DNA of 64,000 bases. Origin: Marsupella aquatica. Its lineage: Eukaryota; Plantae; Marchantiophyta. The notes below the pieces were generated by a model that saw nothing but the letters and a program-made list of their open reading frames with translations, had not been told where the DNA came from and searched no databases. Positions 35,475-47,173 of the stretch are shown piece by piece (position 1 is the first letter of the stretch; each line of letters opens with the position of its first letter). The stretch spans positions 9,363,875 through 9,427,874 of the forward strand of contig OZ316891.1 of the NCBI GenBank assembly GCA_973895155.1, in the 5' to 3' direction. A program made the translations under genes and the position numbers.

Positions 35475-38399
35475 ATGGAGCCAAATCGGCAATGTGTTGT
35501 AGGGCCTAGGAAGGGGAAGCCTCCTGTTCCACCGGAGGCAGAATGGGAGAAGTTCCCAATAGCCAAGATCCACAAACATTGCATGCGAGCTAAAAATCCA
35601 TCCCATAGAAGAACATTAGGGTCAGGTTTTCTTTGCAAAATCATGACACTCAGATGACTCATGTCAACACTTTGTGAAGAAGCATGCTTTTTGGATCACA
35701 TGCGATCAGTACATCGCATGAATCCATAACCGTGTTCGGTTGGTCGTCCCAAAATGGCAGCACGCTAGAGGTTTGTAGCTTTGATTCAATCATTCTGCGT
35801 TCATTTCATAGACAACTACTAGTTCATGTTCTGGTATGGATTGATTAATTACTCCTGGTTTATGTTTTGCTATTCAAACAATGGTTTGTGTGTGCCTACA
35901 GGAATCAACTGAGTACGGCAGCCATGATTCACAACAAAGAGTTAACTTTGGGTTCCTACCCTGCACGAGTGTGGAAACTCAAGCGACAATGAATGTCATG
36001 GTTGCTACGATGGGTGAATGGCCTCAAGTTAGCTCATGAAGGGGATGAGACAACATGGGTTCTGAGTAAGGTCACAGAGCGGTACAATGATTGGAGGAAA
36101 TCTCAAGAGTTCACCAGCATGCTCACCGCTGTGAAATCAAACATTCTTGCATTCTGGGAAAATCATAGTCCCAACATTGATCTAGTGGAGATGCGAGCTA
36201 GGGTATGTGCAATGCAGTTTATGTTGTGTTGATATCGGGTAAGTTCATTGTAGTTTATGTTGTGTCGGTACCGGGTACTTGAAATCTAGTTTATGTTGTG
36301 TCGAGAAGGGTATGTGAATTGTACTTTATGTTGTATTGCTATAGTAATGCAGTTTTGGTAGTAAGTTTTGACATATGAAATGCATCATGGTCATAGGCAA
36401 TGCTTCCAAAAGATGTGGACGAATGGAGAAGTGACAATGGGATGCCCCCAAGTGGATCTTGCCCACTCTGATTTGAACGCTGACAAGATTGTATTTAAGA
36501 AGCGTGTCATTTTTTAGAAGGAGCCACCTCCAAAAACTAGAGCAAAGGGTAAGGGTAAGGGTAAGGCCCCATGTAAGAAGCCTGCTAAGAATTCTGAAAC
36601 ATAGAAGCAGACATGGCCAAGAAGCAGTCAAGGGCCAGGAAGGCTCAAACGCAAGTTCAACAGAGACAGGGCTTGAGGTCTAGGACCAAGGCCACACTGG
36701 GAAGGAACACAATTGAAAGCCAGGTTAGGCACATTCATATGCTATCTATTGTGGCATTGATGTTCCAAGCAAATTAATGTTCTTTCCTTTGTATTATGGA
36801 ATGCGACTCTTTCTACTTGTGTGCAGGCAAAAGCTGTAGTTCCTGACAGATCGTCTACATGGAAGAGAAGGCGTGTACCAAACACCCAAGAACCAACTAA
36901 GAAAAAGCAAAAAAACATCAACAACACTTTCCATGTACCTCACATTGTCTTTGCCTTCATTGCAACACCTCCTATCCTATTGCAATTTTGGTGTTTGTCA
37001 CATGTTCTAGACAGACGACAATGACAACATAGATGAAGCTTCAAAAGAAAGGGCTGGAGATAGGGCAGACATTGATGGGGCCACAAAAGATGGGGCAGAG
37101 GATGCCACTAGTGAGCATGCTTCACAAGAACAGGTTGGACGGATGATGATGATGGGGCCACAGAAGACAAGGCAAATTATGATGGGGAGACATAAGAGGG
37201 GCCCAAGATGACAAGGCAGAGGATGATGGGGCCACAGAAGATGGGGCCCAACAAGATGGGTCCACAAAAGATGGGGCCCAACATGATGGGTCCACAAAAG
37301 ATGGGGATGAAGATTATGGGCCACAGAAGACGAGGCAGAGGATGATGGTGTTACAGGAGATGGGTCCACAGAAGACGGGGCAAAGGATGATGGTGTCATA
37401 GGAGATGGGCCCACAGAAGATGGGGCCCGAGAAGAAGCTTCACAACAAGTATCTTCAGAACAAGACAGCCAAGAAGCCATAGAAGAGGGTAAATTTGCAG
37501 AGGAACAGGAAGGAAAAGAAGGAGAACCTACAGATGAAACTCGTCTTGAGGCATATGTCAAATGCTTGTCGGAAATTAAGGTGAGGCTATAGTCTGTGTT
37601 CTTTCCTGTTCAATGCCATTTGCTCTTGTTATATTCCCAAATCCATTGTCATGCGTTATGTTCTTGCAGGGAAGGGAAAAGCAACAACACACTAGCCGAG
37701 CAAAGGTGTCTGGCCAAAAAAAACAGGCAAAGAAGACAAAGAAGGTGTCTTTCCTCAATGAAGAGCACACCAGTGCACCCCTACCTGGTCCAAAATCATG
37801 GACTAAGATGAGATGGACCCAAGGATTGGGGAAGATCATAACACATCACGTTGACAAATTGACCAAAATTATTCCTCCCTATTCAGACTTAGTTCTGGAT
37901 GGGGTTACTATTCCATTCATTGACACCTATAATGTTGGAGGCAAATATAGTAGGAACACCTGGTTGCCTTTACATGCTGCAAGGCGCAAGATCTTCAGCA
38001 GCAGGGAATATTTGGCATTGGGTTTATCACACAAGGTAATCACCCTTCGGTTGTAACAATCTGCTCAACACTTAATTGATGTTTTGCAAATGTCCTAGCC
38101 GTATGTGTAATGGTTTATGTTTTGTGGTGCAGAAAAATTGTTGTGCCTTTTCGACCTATTCATGAAGATCATCCATGGCCGGGGTACCTTTTTGTGTGGG
38201 TCGGCCCGGATGGCATCCCAATTCTACCAAGGCATGTCGATTGCATACTCGCAAATCGCCATACCCCTCATCGATCTTCAAATTAAGAAAGCCTTGGGAC
38301 TTGTCCAAGCATTGGGGCTCAGATGAAGTTTGCAAGTTCCCTCTCCTGAAATTGGATCTTGTGTCCACAATAGCCTTCGTGGAAGCGTTTCCTATGTAA
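35475..38399 (+). pseudogene. MULE accessory gene of unknown function (multi-exon, disrupted)
   Basis: Exon-like blocks bounded by GT/AG: ~35475-35770 (MEPNRQ...FLCKI...DHMRSVH), ~35902-36202, ~36398-36723 (basic, KGKGKGK), ~36827-36933 (KRRR, KKKQK NLS-like), ~37011-37580 (acidic DGATED repeats), ~37670-38035, ~38133-38399 (Cys/His/Trp-containing C-terminus). Several in-frame stops and frameshifts. Confidence 0.65.
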
Positions 38400-39704
38400 A
38401 GTGAACTGCCAGTTGGCAACTCTCAATACAAAGAATTTTCCATATAATGGTGTAATGGTTGATTGTCCCCTCCCATAGTTTGAGAAAATGATGTTTCACA
38501 CTTGTACAGATTGTTATGAATGGTAGCCAAAATTGTGTGTTCGCCAACGCACTTGTCATGCCTTGAACAATAATAAAGTCAACCTATCTTGAACAAGAGC
38601 TGTATCCTTTATGTTTTGACACACCAGTATATTTCTGACGAGGGCAGGTTGATGTTCTATTTACAACCTTTAATGGTTATGCAACCGACATCTCCAAACG
38701 CGTGCAAGTCATGGTTTATGTTCTGTCATGAACATACTTGGGTTTATGTTCTGTCATGGTTTATGTACATAGTGGTTTATGTTCTGTCATGAACATACTT
38801 GGGAGCCTTGGTTTGTGAAAACTCTGAACAACATGTAGGCAAACTCTTGTGTGCTATAAGTAGTTTATCCCCTACCTAGAAACAAAGTCATTATGAGTTT
38901 TGTGTACTTTTGACCGAGTTATGGTTGATGTTTTGTCCATCTCTCACATATTATCTATAACACAAGACTCATTATCAATGTTTTGCCACACACATATATA
39001 CAAGGGCTACAACAAAGGGGTATGTTATTATATTATTCATCATCTTCCAAGAGAGGTACAACATTCAGATCAATATTGACATTCATGTCAATATCCCTAC
39101 CACCCCCTCGAAGATGAATAACACGGTTTGGAACTACTGGCAAGGACAAATTTGTAGTCCTTCGCCGCCGCTTGCCTTCCTGATATTCTGATCTTATCCT
39201 ACATAGATGTTGTCTATTAGATTCCCTAGTTACTTTACGCTTTGAAGGCACTGCACATGGCACCAAGCGTTCATCATATTGTATAGATGGTGCCTGAGTT
39301 TGCTGCCCTCTCTTGCCCCCATGGTAAATATCTATAACCCCTAAGCGATGCTTAGATGTCAGCCCTATAGGCCTTACAAATGCATCTGCAAGACCTATAT
39401 TGGGCTTCCCTGATCGAAAGCACTTTGATTTGTTGTTGAGCTTTCAGTTTGGTGAGTGTGACTTGTGATGCCAGGAATGCTTGTTCTGTGAGGTAGTCAT
39501 CTCCTTCAACAATTGCCAACTGCTGTTCAAAAATGTGGATTAAGTCTGCCCTCATAGTCGGCTCTCTATTCTGAAAAGCTACAGTAGGGTGTTGTAAAAT
39601 CTGAATCATAGACAATTATAGTAAGATGCTACTAAACATAAACAAGAATACTTGCAACAAACATTGATAGAACATAAACATAAGCATATACATAGTAAAC
39701 AAAG

Positions 39705-39994
39705 GTGCAGAACATAAACTTAAACAAACGCCATAAACCCTGAACATGTGCAGAACATAAACTTAAACAAATGTTGTAAACCCTGAACATCATGTGCAGA
39801 ACATAAACTTAAACAAATGCCGTAAACCCTGAACATGTGTAGAACATAAACTTAAACAAACGCCGTAAACCCTGAACATGTGCTGAATATAAACTTAAAC
39901 AAACTATGTAAACTTAAACAAAGAGAGATTTGCAGAACATAAACTTAAACAAACTTTGTAAACTTAAACAAAGAGAGATTTGCAGAACATGAAC
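39705..39994. repeat. Intronic tandem array (~43-bp then 50-bp units), about one AACATRAAC motif per unit
   Basis: GTGCAGAACATAAACTTAAACAAAyG..rTAAACCCTGAACAT x4, then two 50-bp variant units. Confidence 0.9.
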
Positions 39995-41360
39995 CTGTTC
40001 AGGTTGTTGGTAAATGTCTGTGTCCTCATGGACTCCGGTTGGTTGTCCTCCTTTCGGCTCTGTTTCTTCATGTTGAAGCAGTTCCAAATGGTCAATGCCA
40101 CCCATCAAAGTACCAAACCTGGACCCTAATTGTTGTACTAGAACACCTCCATCGAAGCCTCTAAATAAGAGAGCCTTGATCTGATGTTTACACATATTTC
40201 CCTCATCCGCCCATTTACAATCACAAGAAGGAAAGTTTGAGAATATATTCTGAACAATGTGCTCCTTCCCATCAGGCTTGCCACTTCTTACTATTGCTTG
40301 GTTGGGCAGGCTTGGATCAGGAAAATAGACTTTGTGGTATTTCATGGCATGCATGGCCTTGTGGAGGCTATTCAGGACAACCTCTTCCTTTTTGTAATTG
40401 ATAATTCTCCCCCTTGCTTTGCACCAAAGCTGGTACCAAAAGAAAGGAAGCATAACCTGGAACAAAGAAGTGACAACCCTGTCTAGACGCAGAGCTCCAA
40501 TGGACCCAATATTCCTCTTGATCATCTTCTTGAATGTTAAATGCCAAGCTTCAATTGCACCATTTGTATTCTGGTTGGCTCGAGGCATGTCTCAAACAGC
40601 CCTCATCCACTTTGCTGTGATTCCACAAATGCATAAAAACAATAATTAGTTGTAATCATGAGAAAACTCCAAGAAATATGCTTTACTCATTGCAAGGACA
40701 AATGAGTAGGAGGTCAGCAGAACGTGAACCTGTTTTGTGCATCCAAGTGTCTTCAAAATATGCTAGGAATCGTTGTTCCATGTGGTACTTTGCTTGGAAG
40801 GATCGCCACTTAACTTGCATGTCTTCCTCAGTATTGGCGTACATGGATCCCCTAGATCATCATTCATATCCAGAAGCTTGGTTCTATTTGGTACAATCTT
40901 GATCAAATTCTCCTTCCAAGCTCTGTATACAGAAACACGTGAGTGGGTTGGGCAGAACATAAACTTCATACGGCTAGTTACAAATGTGGTAACATTACTT
41001 GCAACACAAAATGTTTTCAATGTGGGAAAACATACCATCGAACATGCCAACTGCAAAAATAAATGGGGATATTGGGAAAGACAACTTTCAATGCGCTGAC
41101 TTCAGCTTGAGCACAGTCAATAATGAAGCAGCTAGGACTCCAATCAGGTTTTTGCGCCAACGCTGTATCCTTTATTGCCTTCAAAAAAGTAGCAATGTGC
41201 TCAGCTGATTCAGACTACTGGATGCACCATGCTATGGGTAATCCCATCTGGTGTTGATCAAAAGCAACGAGCGTGAAGAAAGGGAACTGCAACCGCACTG
41301 GGGTTAGAAAGGCGGAACATGAACTAGGAGATAAATTAAGTCAACTACATCGTGTAGTGA

Positions 41361-41890
41361 CATGGGCAGAACATGAACTATAATACTAGAAACAAGATAT
41401 ATGAAGAGCCAAACATGAACTACAAGACAAAAAATGAAATAGGTCACATGGGCACAACATGAACTATAATACTAGAAACAAAATATATGAAGAGCAAAAC
41501 ATGAACTACAAGACAGAAAATGAAATAGGTCACATGGGCAGAACATGAACTATAATACTCGAAACAAAATATATGAAGAGCAAAACATGAACTACAAGAC
41601 AGCAAATGAAATAGGTCACATGGGCAGAACATCAACTACAAAATATATGAAGAGCAGAACATCAACTACAAGACAAAAAATGAAATAGGTCTTATGAACA
41701 AAACATGAACTATAACACAAGGGATAGACACAACAAACATATGAAGAGGGCAGAACATGAACTACAACCCAGACACAAAATGAAGTCAATTGCATGGTGA
41801 AAAAGGTGTGATGGGCAGAACATGAACCATAATTGAAGGAACAAACACAAGAAAACATATGAAGAGGGCAAAATATGAACTATAAGACAT
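41361..41890. repeat. Intronic tandem array (86-bp unit, two AACATGAAC motifs per unit)
   Basis: Units start CATGGGCA at 41361, 41447, 41533 and 41619, then degenerate copies to ~41890. Confidence 0.9.
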
Positions 41891-43356
41891 GGAATGTAAT
41901 GAAATGGACATCCTGAGGAGATGAAATGCTAATTACATACCCCATATTTATTAGTTGCAAACGTACTATCTAACGCCAACACTGATCCATGAGATAGGGT
42001 GATCATCTGCGCTCTTTGCCAAGGTGACTGCAATGAAAGTATGAAATCCTGCTTTGGTGGGCCCGCCATGTACTCTTGTGAGAGAAGCACTCTCTCAGGA
42101 TACATCCCCATCCATTTGCGTATCGATGCCTGGTCATTGTCAGACCATAGCCAGGTCTCCTTGTCAACTTTTCGTTTGAGTTTTCGAAGATCTTGTTTAG
42201 AAACCAGGTCGTCTCTCCCATCAAAAGTTAGTGTCACACCAGGATCAGTGGTATTGTGTCCACAATCATCACCATCTCTTTCAAACTGCGATTGACAGTG
42301 GAGGTCATAAATATCAAGGACGGACCATCCTGCCCTCAATAAGTCCTCAAGGTGCTTCTGGACCTCTCTGGTCAACCATGGAGCAATGGTGCATTTTGGT
42401 CCCCAAGAGGGAGGCCCCAATTGTGGATCCCAATGGCCATGCACAATGTCCCCTCTCTGATTACAATGCTTTCTGCAATTGAAACACAGACAGAACATAA
42501 ACCACTACATACAAATGTGATGGTAGAGAGTAAAAACAACTATGTTGCACAAAATTAGGCAGAACCTAAACTTTAGCACATAAATTCATGTGAACATGGA
42601 CCCTGAAAGAGACTTGTCCGAGTAAGCATAATTAGACAGAATGCATCCTTGCCTGTTTATGTAGGAGAGCTGAACAACATCAGGGTTGGCTTTCATCCTC
42701 TTCGCAATGAAGTGACACCGACATCCTCGCTTGACATGGTTGTTGAATGCATTCTTACGTAGTCTAGGTCTACTCCCAACTCCTGATGTTGGTTTTGTTC
42801 CAGGAAGTGGAGGAATAGCTACGCTACGCATGTCTTCCTCTTGTGGGCCATAGGAACACCAAAAGATGGTATATTCTATCCAATCAGTGTTATTTGAATT
42901 AGATTTTCTTGAGGTTCTAATATGAAATGAACTCTCAAATTTTGGATCCTTTCTGCCCTCGCCATCTCTAAAATCAGTGAGACGGTTCCATGGAATGAGA
43001 GCTTGGTCATATGGGCTCCAAGCAATGTGTAGCGACGAAAATTTCCCAGCCGGTGGAATCTGTACGTACTCCCATGTTTCATGAATCATTGGATTACGCA
43101 AAGGCTCCCAACAATTATCCTGCCACGACGGTGGTAGAACATAAACTACAAGACAAATATTTCGGGTACAAAACTCACACCGCACGATTGGGTACAAAGC
43201 GCGTGCATTTGCATTGCAAGGGCAATTGAAAAAAAACGACGTGTTTGCACAGTAGTACCACCAACACAAAGACAAAGAGCACATGAACTGACAAATAACA
43301 GAAACATTTAGGGGGAAATGAAATCGGTGGAAATGAATAGCGTCATAACATGATAT

Positions 43357-43700
43357 TGTTGAGCATAGACGACATTCGTAACGGCAAGCCCATGAACCAT
43401 CCAACGCACAATAGTCGACACAAAGAGATACGTGGTTCACCTCCACATGAGGCTACGTCCACGGGAACACACAAGAGCTTTACTGCACTCTAGGCCGACC
43501 GGCCATAGCAAGCATCCACAGCACAAGCTCTCCCTATCTCTCAACTAGCTCCGTAACAATGAGCCTAAGTTCCACCAGGGTCTGACATCAGCCCTGGCTA
43601 TATACACAACAGCACTACCGCTAACATTAGCTAAGTCCTAACCTGAGTTAGACTAACTGGGGTTAGCTCATGAGTCACAAGACTAGAGCAATATCTAACA
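43357..43700 (-). repeat. Copia 3' LTR (344 bp)
   Basis: TGTTGAGCATAG...ATATCTAACA, adjacent to the PPT. Confidence 0.95.
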
Positions 43701-43907
43701 AACTCCCCCTTGACTCTTGTCTTGGGGATTGGACTAAATGCAACCATATGGAATCCTCAGCGGGAAGTTCTAGACAATCACCAAACCAGGTCTCCCCCTA
43801 AAAACCACAAGGATTAACTAAGGGTTAACTAGAACTAAGCCGTAGCCTAATAGGAATGAGTAATCCATATACAAATAGTCAAACATTGCTAAATAACTCT
43901 ACATGCA

Positions 43908-46791
43908 CTACAACTGCAAAACTTGCAAAGTAGCACGGTGTCTTGAGAAACTCTCCAAAGGAATCACTTTGGTAAAGGCATCAGCGGGATTGAGCTTTCC
44001 ATCAATCTTGACTAGCTCAAAAGTTTTATCAGACACTGCTTGCCTGATAAAATGGTACCTGATATCAATGTGCTTCACCCTGCTATCCATCACTTGGTTA
44101 GCAGCCAAGTGAAGAGCACTCTGACTATCACAGTTTAGAGTCATTTTGCCATGCTCTAAACCCATCTCCGCGATCAACTTGTCCAACCAAATTGCTTCCT
44201 TTGCAGCTTCTGCTGCTGCAACATACTCTGCTTCTGTAGTAGACTGAGATATGCACTTCTGCAAGGTAGATTTCCAACTGATACATCCTCCTCCAAGAGT
44301 GTATACAAACCCAGTTGTAGACCTCCTTGTATCCAGACAGCCTCCATAGTCAGAATCTACATAGCCAACTAACGTTCTATCTGATCTGTTATCAAATAGT
44401 AATCCATAGTCCTGTGTACCCTTCAGATACCTGAGAATCCACTTCACAGCTTCCCAATGTACCTTCCCTGGATTTGACATGAATCTGCTAACCTTGCCCA
44501 TCGCTAGGGCCAAGTCAGGCCTAGTACAAGTCATCAAATACATCAGACTGCCTACTGCCTTCTCATAAGGTATCTTAGCCATCAGACCTTTCTCCACAGC
44601 ATCCGTAGGAGAGAAAGCCGATGATAACTTAAAATGTGAAGCTAAAGGAATACTCACTGGCTTACAGTTTTCCATGTTGAATCGTGCAAGTACTTTCCTC
44701 GCATACTGGCCTTGACTCAAGCACAACTGTCCAGTATCAGAGTTCCTAAAAATCTCCATCCCTAAGATCCTTTTGGCCTTACCAAGATCCTTCATCCTGA
44801 ATTCAACACTCAATTTTGCCTTGAGACTATCAACCTCAGATTGATCTTTAGCCACAATCAGCATGTCATCCACATAGATCACCAGAATGATGAAACCAAA
44901 TACATCATTCTTGACTGATTTCGTACACACACAAGGATCATACACCATCCTTGTAAAACCTTGAGCAAGCATGAAATCATCAAACCGCTTGTTCCACTGT
45001 TTGGGAGACTGCTTCAATCCATACAAGGACTTGAGCAATCTGCAAACTAAGCTCTCTTGGCCCTTCTTCATAAAGCCTACTGGCTGTCGCATGAAGATCA
45101 TCTCTTCCAAGTTGCCATAGAGAAAAGCAGTAACAACATCCATCTGATCCATCACCAAACCAAAAAACACAATAAGCTGACACAAGATCCGAATTGTGGA
45201 ATACTTAGCCACCGGTGAAAAGACCTCATTGTAGTCCACTCATTTCTCCTGAGTGAACCCCTTGGCAACAAGCCTTGCCTTGTAGATCTTATCTCCACCC
45301 TCTGAAGGACTGTCCTTCAACTTGTAAATCCACTTGCTGTCCACCACTTGCTGACCTCTTGGAAGCTCCACCAGCTCCCATGTCTTGTTGTCACTCAAAG
45401 ATTGCAACTCCCTCTGCATTGCTGCATTCCACTCATACTTCTGCTCTGAAGCACAAGCCTCACTGTACGAAGAAGGCTCTCCTTCTTCCAAGATCAAAGC
45501 CATATCATCATCATCAGGTGCAATGTCAATGTCATCTAGCTTAGATGAGTCTGCCCATTGACCATACCTGGTAGGAGCTCTAGTAGAACGACTGGAAGTT
45601 CTTCTAGTAGATGACTCAGGCTGATCTGTTGCTGCTGCTGGTTGAATTTGAGGTACCCTAGCAACAATCTGCTCCTCTTATTCCATCACAGGAACCAGCT
45701 CCAAGCCCGGAGCTTCTCCACCTCTCCTGTCATGAACAACATCATGACTAATCTCCCCCTCAACCGGGTCCGGGATGGGAGATTTCCCCTTGTCAGTATG
45801 GGAGTCCTGAGAACTCTCCCCCTCCTTTGATGATCTGGACTCATTAAAGGACACATCTCTACTAACAATTAGTTTACAGGTTACTGGATCCCATAACCTA
45901 TAACCCTTCACACCTTTCTGATAGCCAAGGAAAATGCACTTCTTCGACTTGGACTCCAGCTTGGATCGAAGCTGGGAAGGTGTAAGCACATAAGCATCAC
46001 ATCCAAAAATCCTCAGATGTGAGTAATCTGCTGGACGCCCGTACCTCATTTCAAATGGCGTCTTGAATCCAATAGAACTGGATGGAGAAAAATTTACCAG
46101 ATAAGCTGCAGTGTTGACAGCTTCAGCCCAAAACTCATGTGGTAAGCATGATTGACTCAACATACTCCTCGAGCGGTCCAATAGTGTTCGGTTGAGTCTC
46201 TCAGAAACACCATTCTGCTGAGGAGTATAGCTTGTTGTGAGATGGCGGGTAATCCCCTGCTCCTTACAATACATTCCAAATTCCCCGGAACTGTATTCAC
46301 CGCCATTATCCGATCGTAGATATCTCACCTTATTACCAGTCTGATTTTCAACTTGGGCTTTCCACTCCTTAAAAGTGGCAAAAACATCAGACTTACTGTG
46401 TAGAAAATATATCCACACATACCTTGAGTAATTGTCTATGAATGTGACATAGTATAACCGTCCAGAATGTGAGGGAGTAGGGGCTGGACCCCACACATCA
46501 CTATGTACATACTCAAGTACCTCCTTGCTGGTGTGAGTTCCAACTCCGAAGGGTTTCCTGTGCTGCTTCCCTAGCACACAGTGCTCACAAAATTCCAACT
46601 TACAAGATTGCAAATTAGAAAGTAATCCTTTCTTCTGAAGAATAACCAAACCTTTTTCACTCATGTGGCCCAAACGGAAGTGCCACAGCCGGGCCGTCTC
46701 CTCATGAGATAAGGTTACATTGGCTTCATCACAAACTACACTGCCCTCCAAAACGTATAGATTGTTATGTCTCTTTCCCTTCAATACAACT
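43908..46791 (-). pseudogene. Copia pol (GAG-pre-integrase, integrase, RT, RNase H) in one frame with two nonsense codons
   Basis: LWHFRLGHMSEKG...CEHCVLGKQHR, VHSDVWGP, LRSDNGGEY, PQQNGVSER, YKARLVAKGFTQ, LYGLKQSPKQW, IYVDDMLI, GYVDSDYGG, KHIDIRYHFIR. Stops TAA 45678-45680 and TGA 45240-45242; the segment between the listed ORFs is open. Confidence 0.95.
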
Positions 46792-47173
46792 TGTTGAGCA
46801 TAGACGACATTCGTAACGGCATACCCATGAACCATCCAACGCACAATAGTCGACACAGAGAGATACGTGGTTCACCTCCACATGAGGCTACGTCCACGGG
46901 AACACACAAGAGCTTTACTGCACTCTAGGCCGACCGGCCATAGCAAGCATCCACAGCACAAGCTCTCCCTATCTCTCAACTAGCTCCGTAACAATGAGCC
47001 TAAGTTCCATCTCTCAACTAGCTCCGTAACAATGAGCCTAAGTTCCACCAGGGTCTGGCATCAGCCCTGGCTATATACACAACAGCACTACCGCTAACAT
47101 TAGCTAAGTCCTAACCTGAGTTAGACTAACTGGGGTTAGCTCATGAGTCACAAGACTAGAGCAATATCTAACA
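46792..47173 (-). repeat. Copia 5' LTR (382 bp, includes 38-bp tandem duplication 46971-47046)
   Basis: Matches 43357-43700 apart from about 4 substitutions (by eye) and the duplicated ATCTCTCAACTAGCTCCGTAACAATGAGCCTAAGTTCC. Confidence 0.95.

Larger units (their letters stand above)
39033..43089 (-). pseudogene. MULE DDE transposase with SWIM zinc finger (AT4G13970/AT1G60560-like), nonsense-disrupted
   Basis: Exons ~43089-42653, 42472-41941, 41286-41036, ~40922-40730, ~40615-39995 and a 3' part to ~39033. Motifs: YTIFWCSYGP, KRGCRCHFIAKR, LALDSTFATNKYG (D1), CFIIDCAQAE (D2), FCSWHVR, TNGAIEAWH (E), SWIM CDCKWADEGNMCKHQIK. In-frame stops TAG 41215-41217 and TGA 40592-40594. Confidence 0.88.
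43357..47173 (-). mobile_element. Ty1/copia LTR retrotransposon, internally deleted (no PBS/gag/protease), nested in the MULE
   Basis: TG...CA LTRs at 43357-43700 and 46792-47173, 5-bp TSD GATAT (43352-43356, 47174-47178), polypurine tract AGGGGGAGTT on the minus strand next to the 43700 LTR edge, domain order IN-RT-RNaseH. Confidence 0.96.

Noticed and set aside
37007-37561. 184-aa Ser/Pro/His-rich minus-strand ORF
   Set aside because: Antisense shadow of the acidic repeat exon of the MULE accessory gene.
45240-45680. Programmed read-through of the two copia pol stops
   Set aside because: The TGA replaces the conserved Gly of G-V-D-Y in RT and the stops are not at a gag-pol boundary; simple nonsense mutations fit better.
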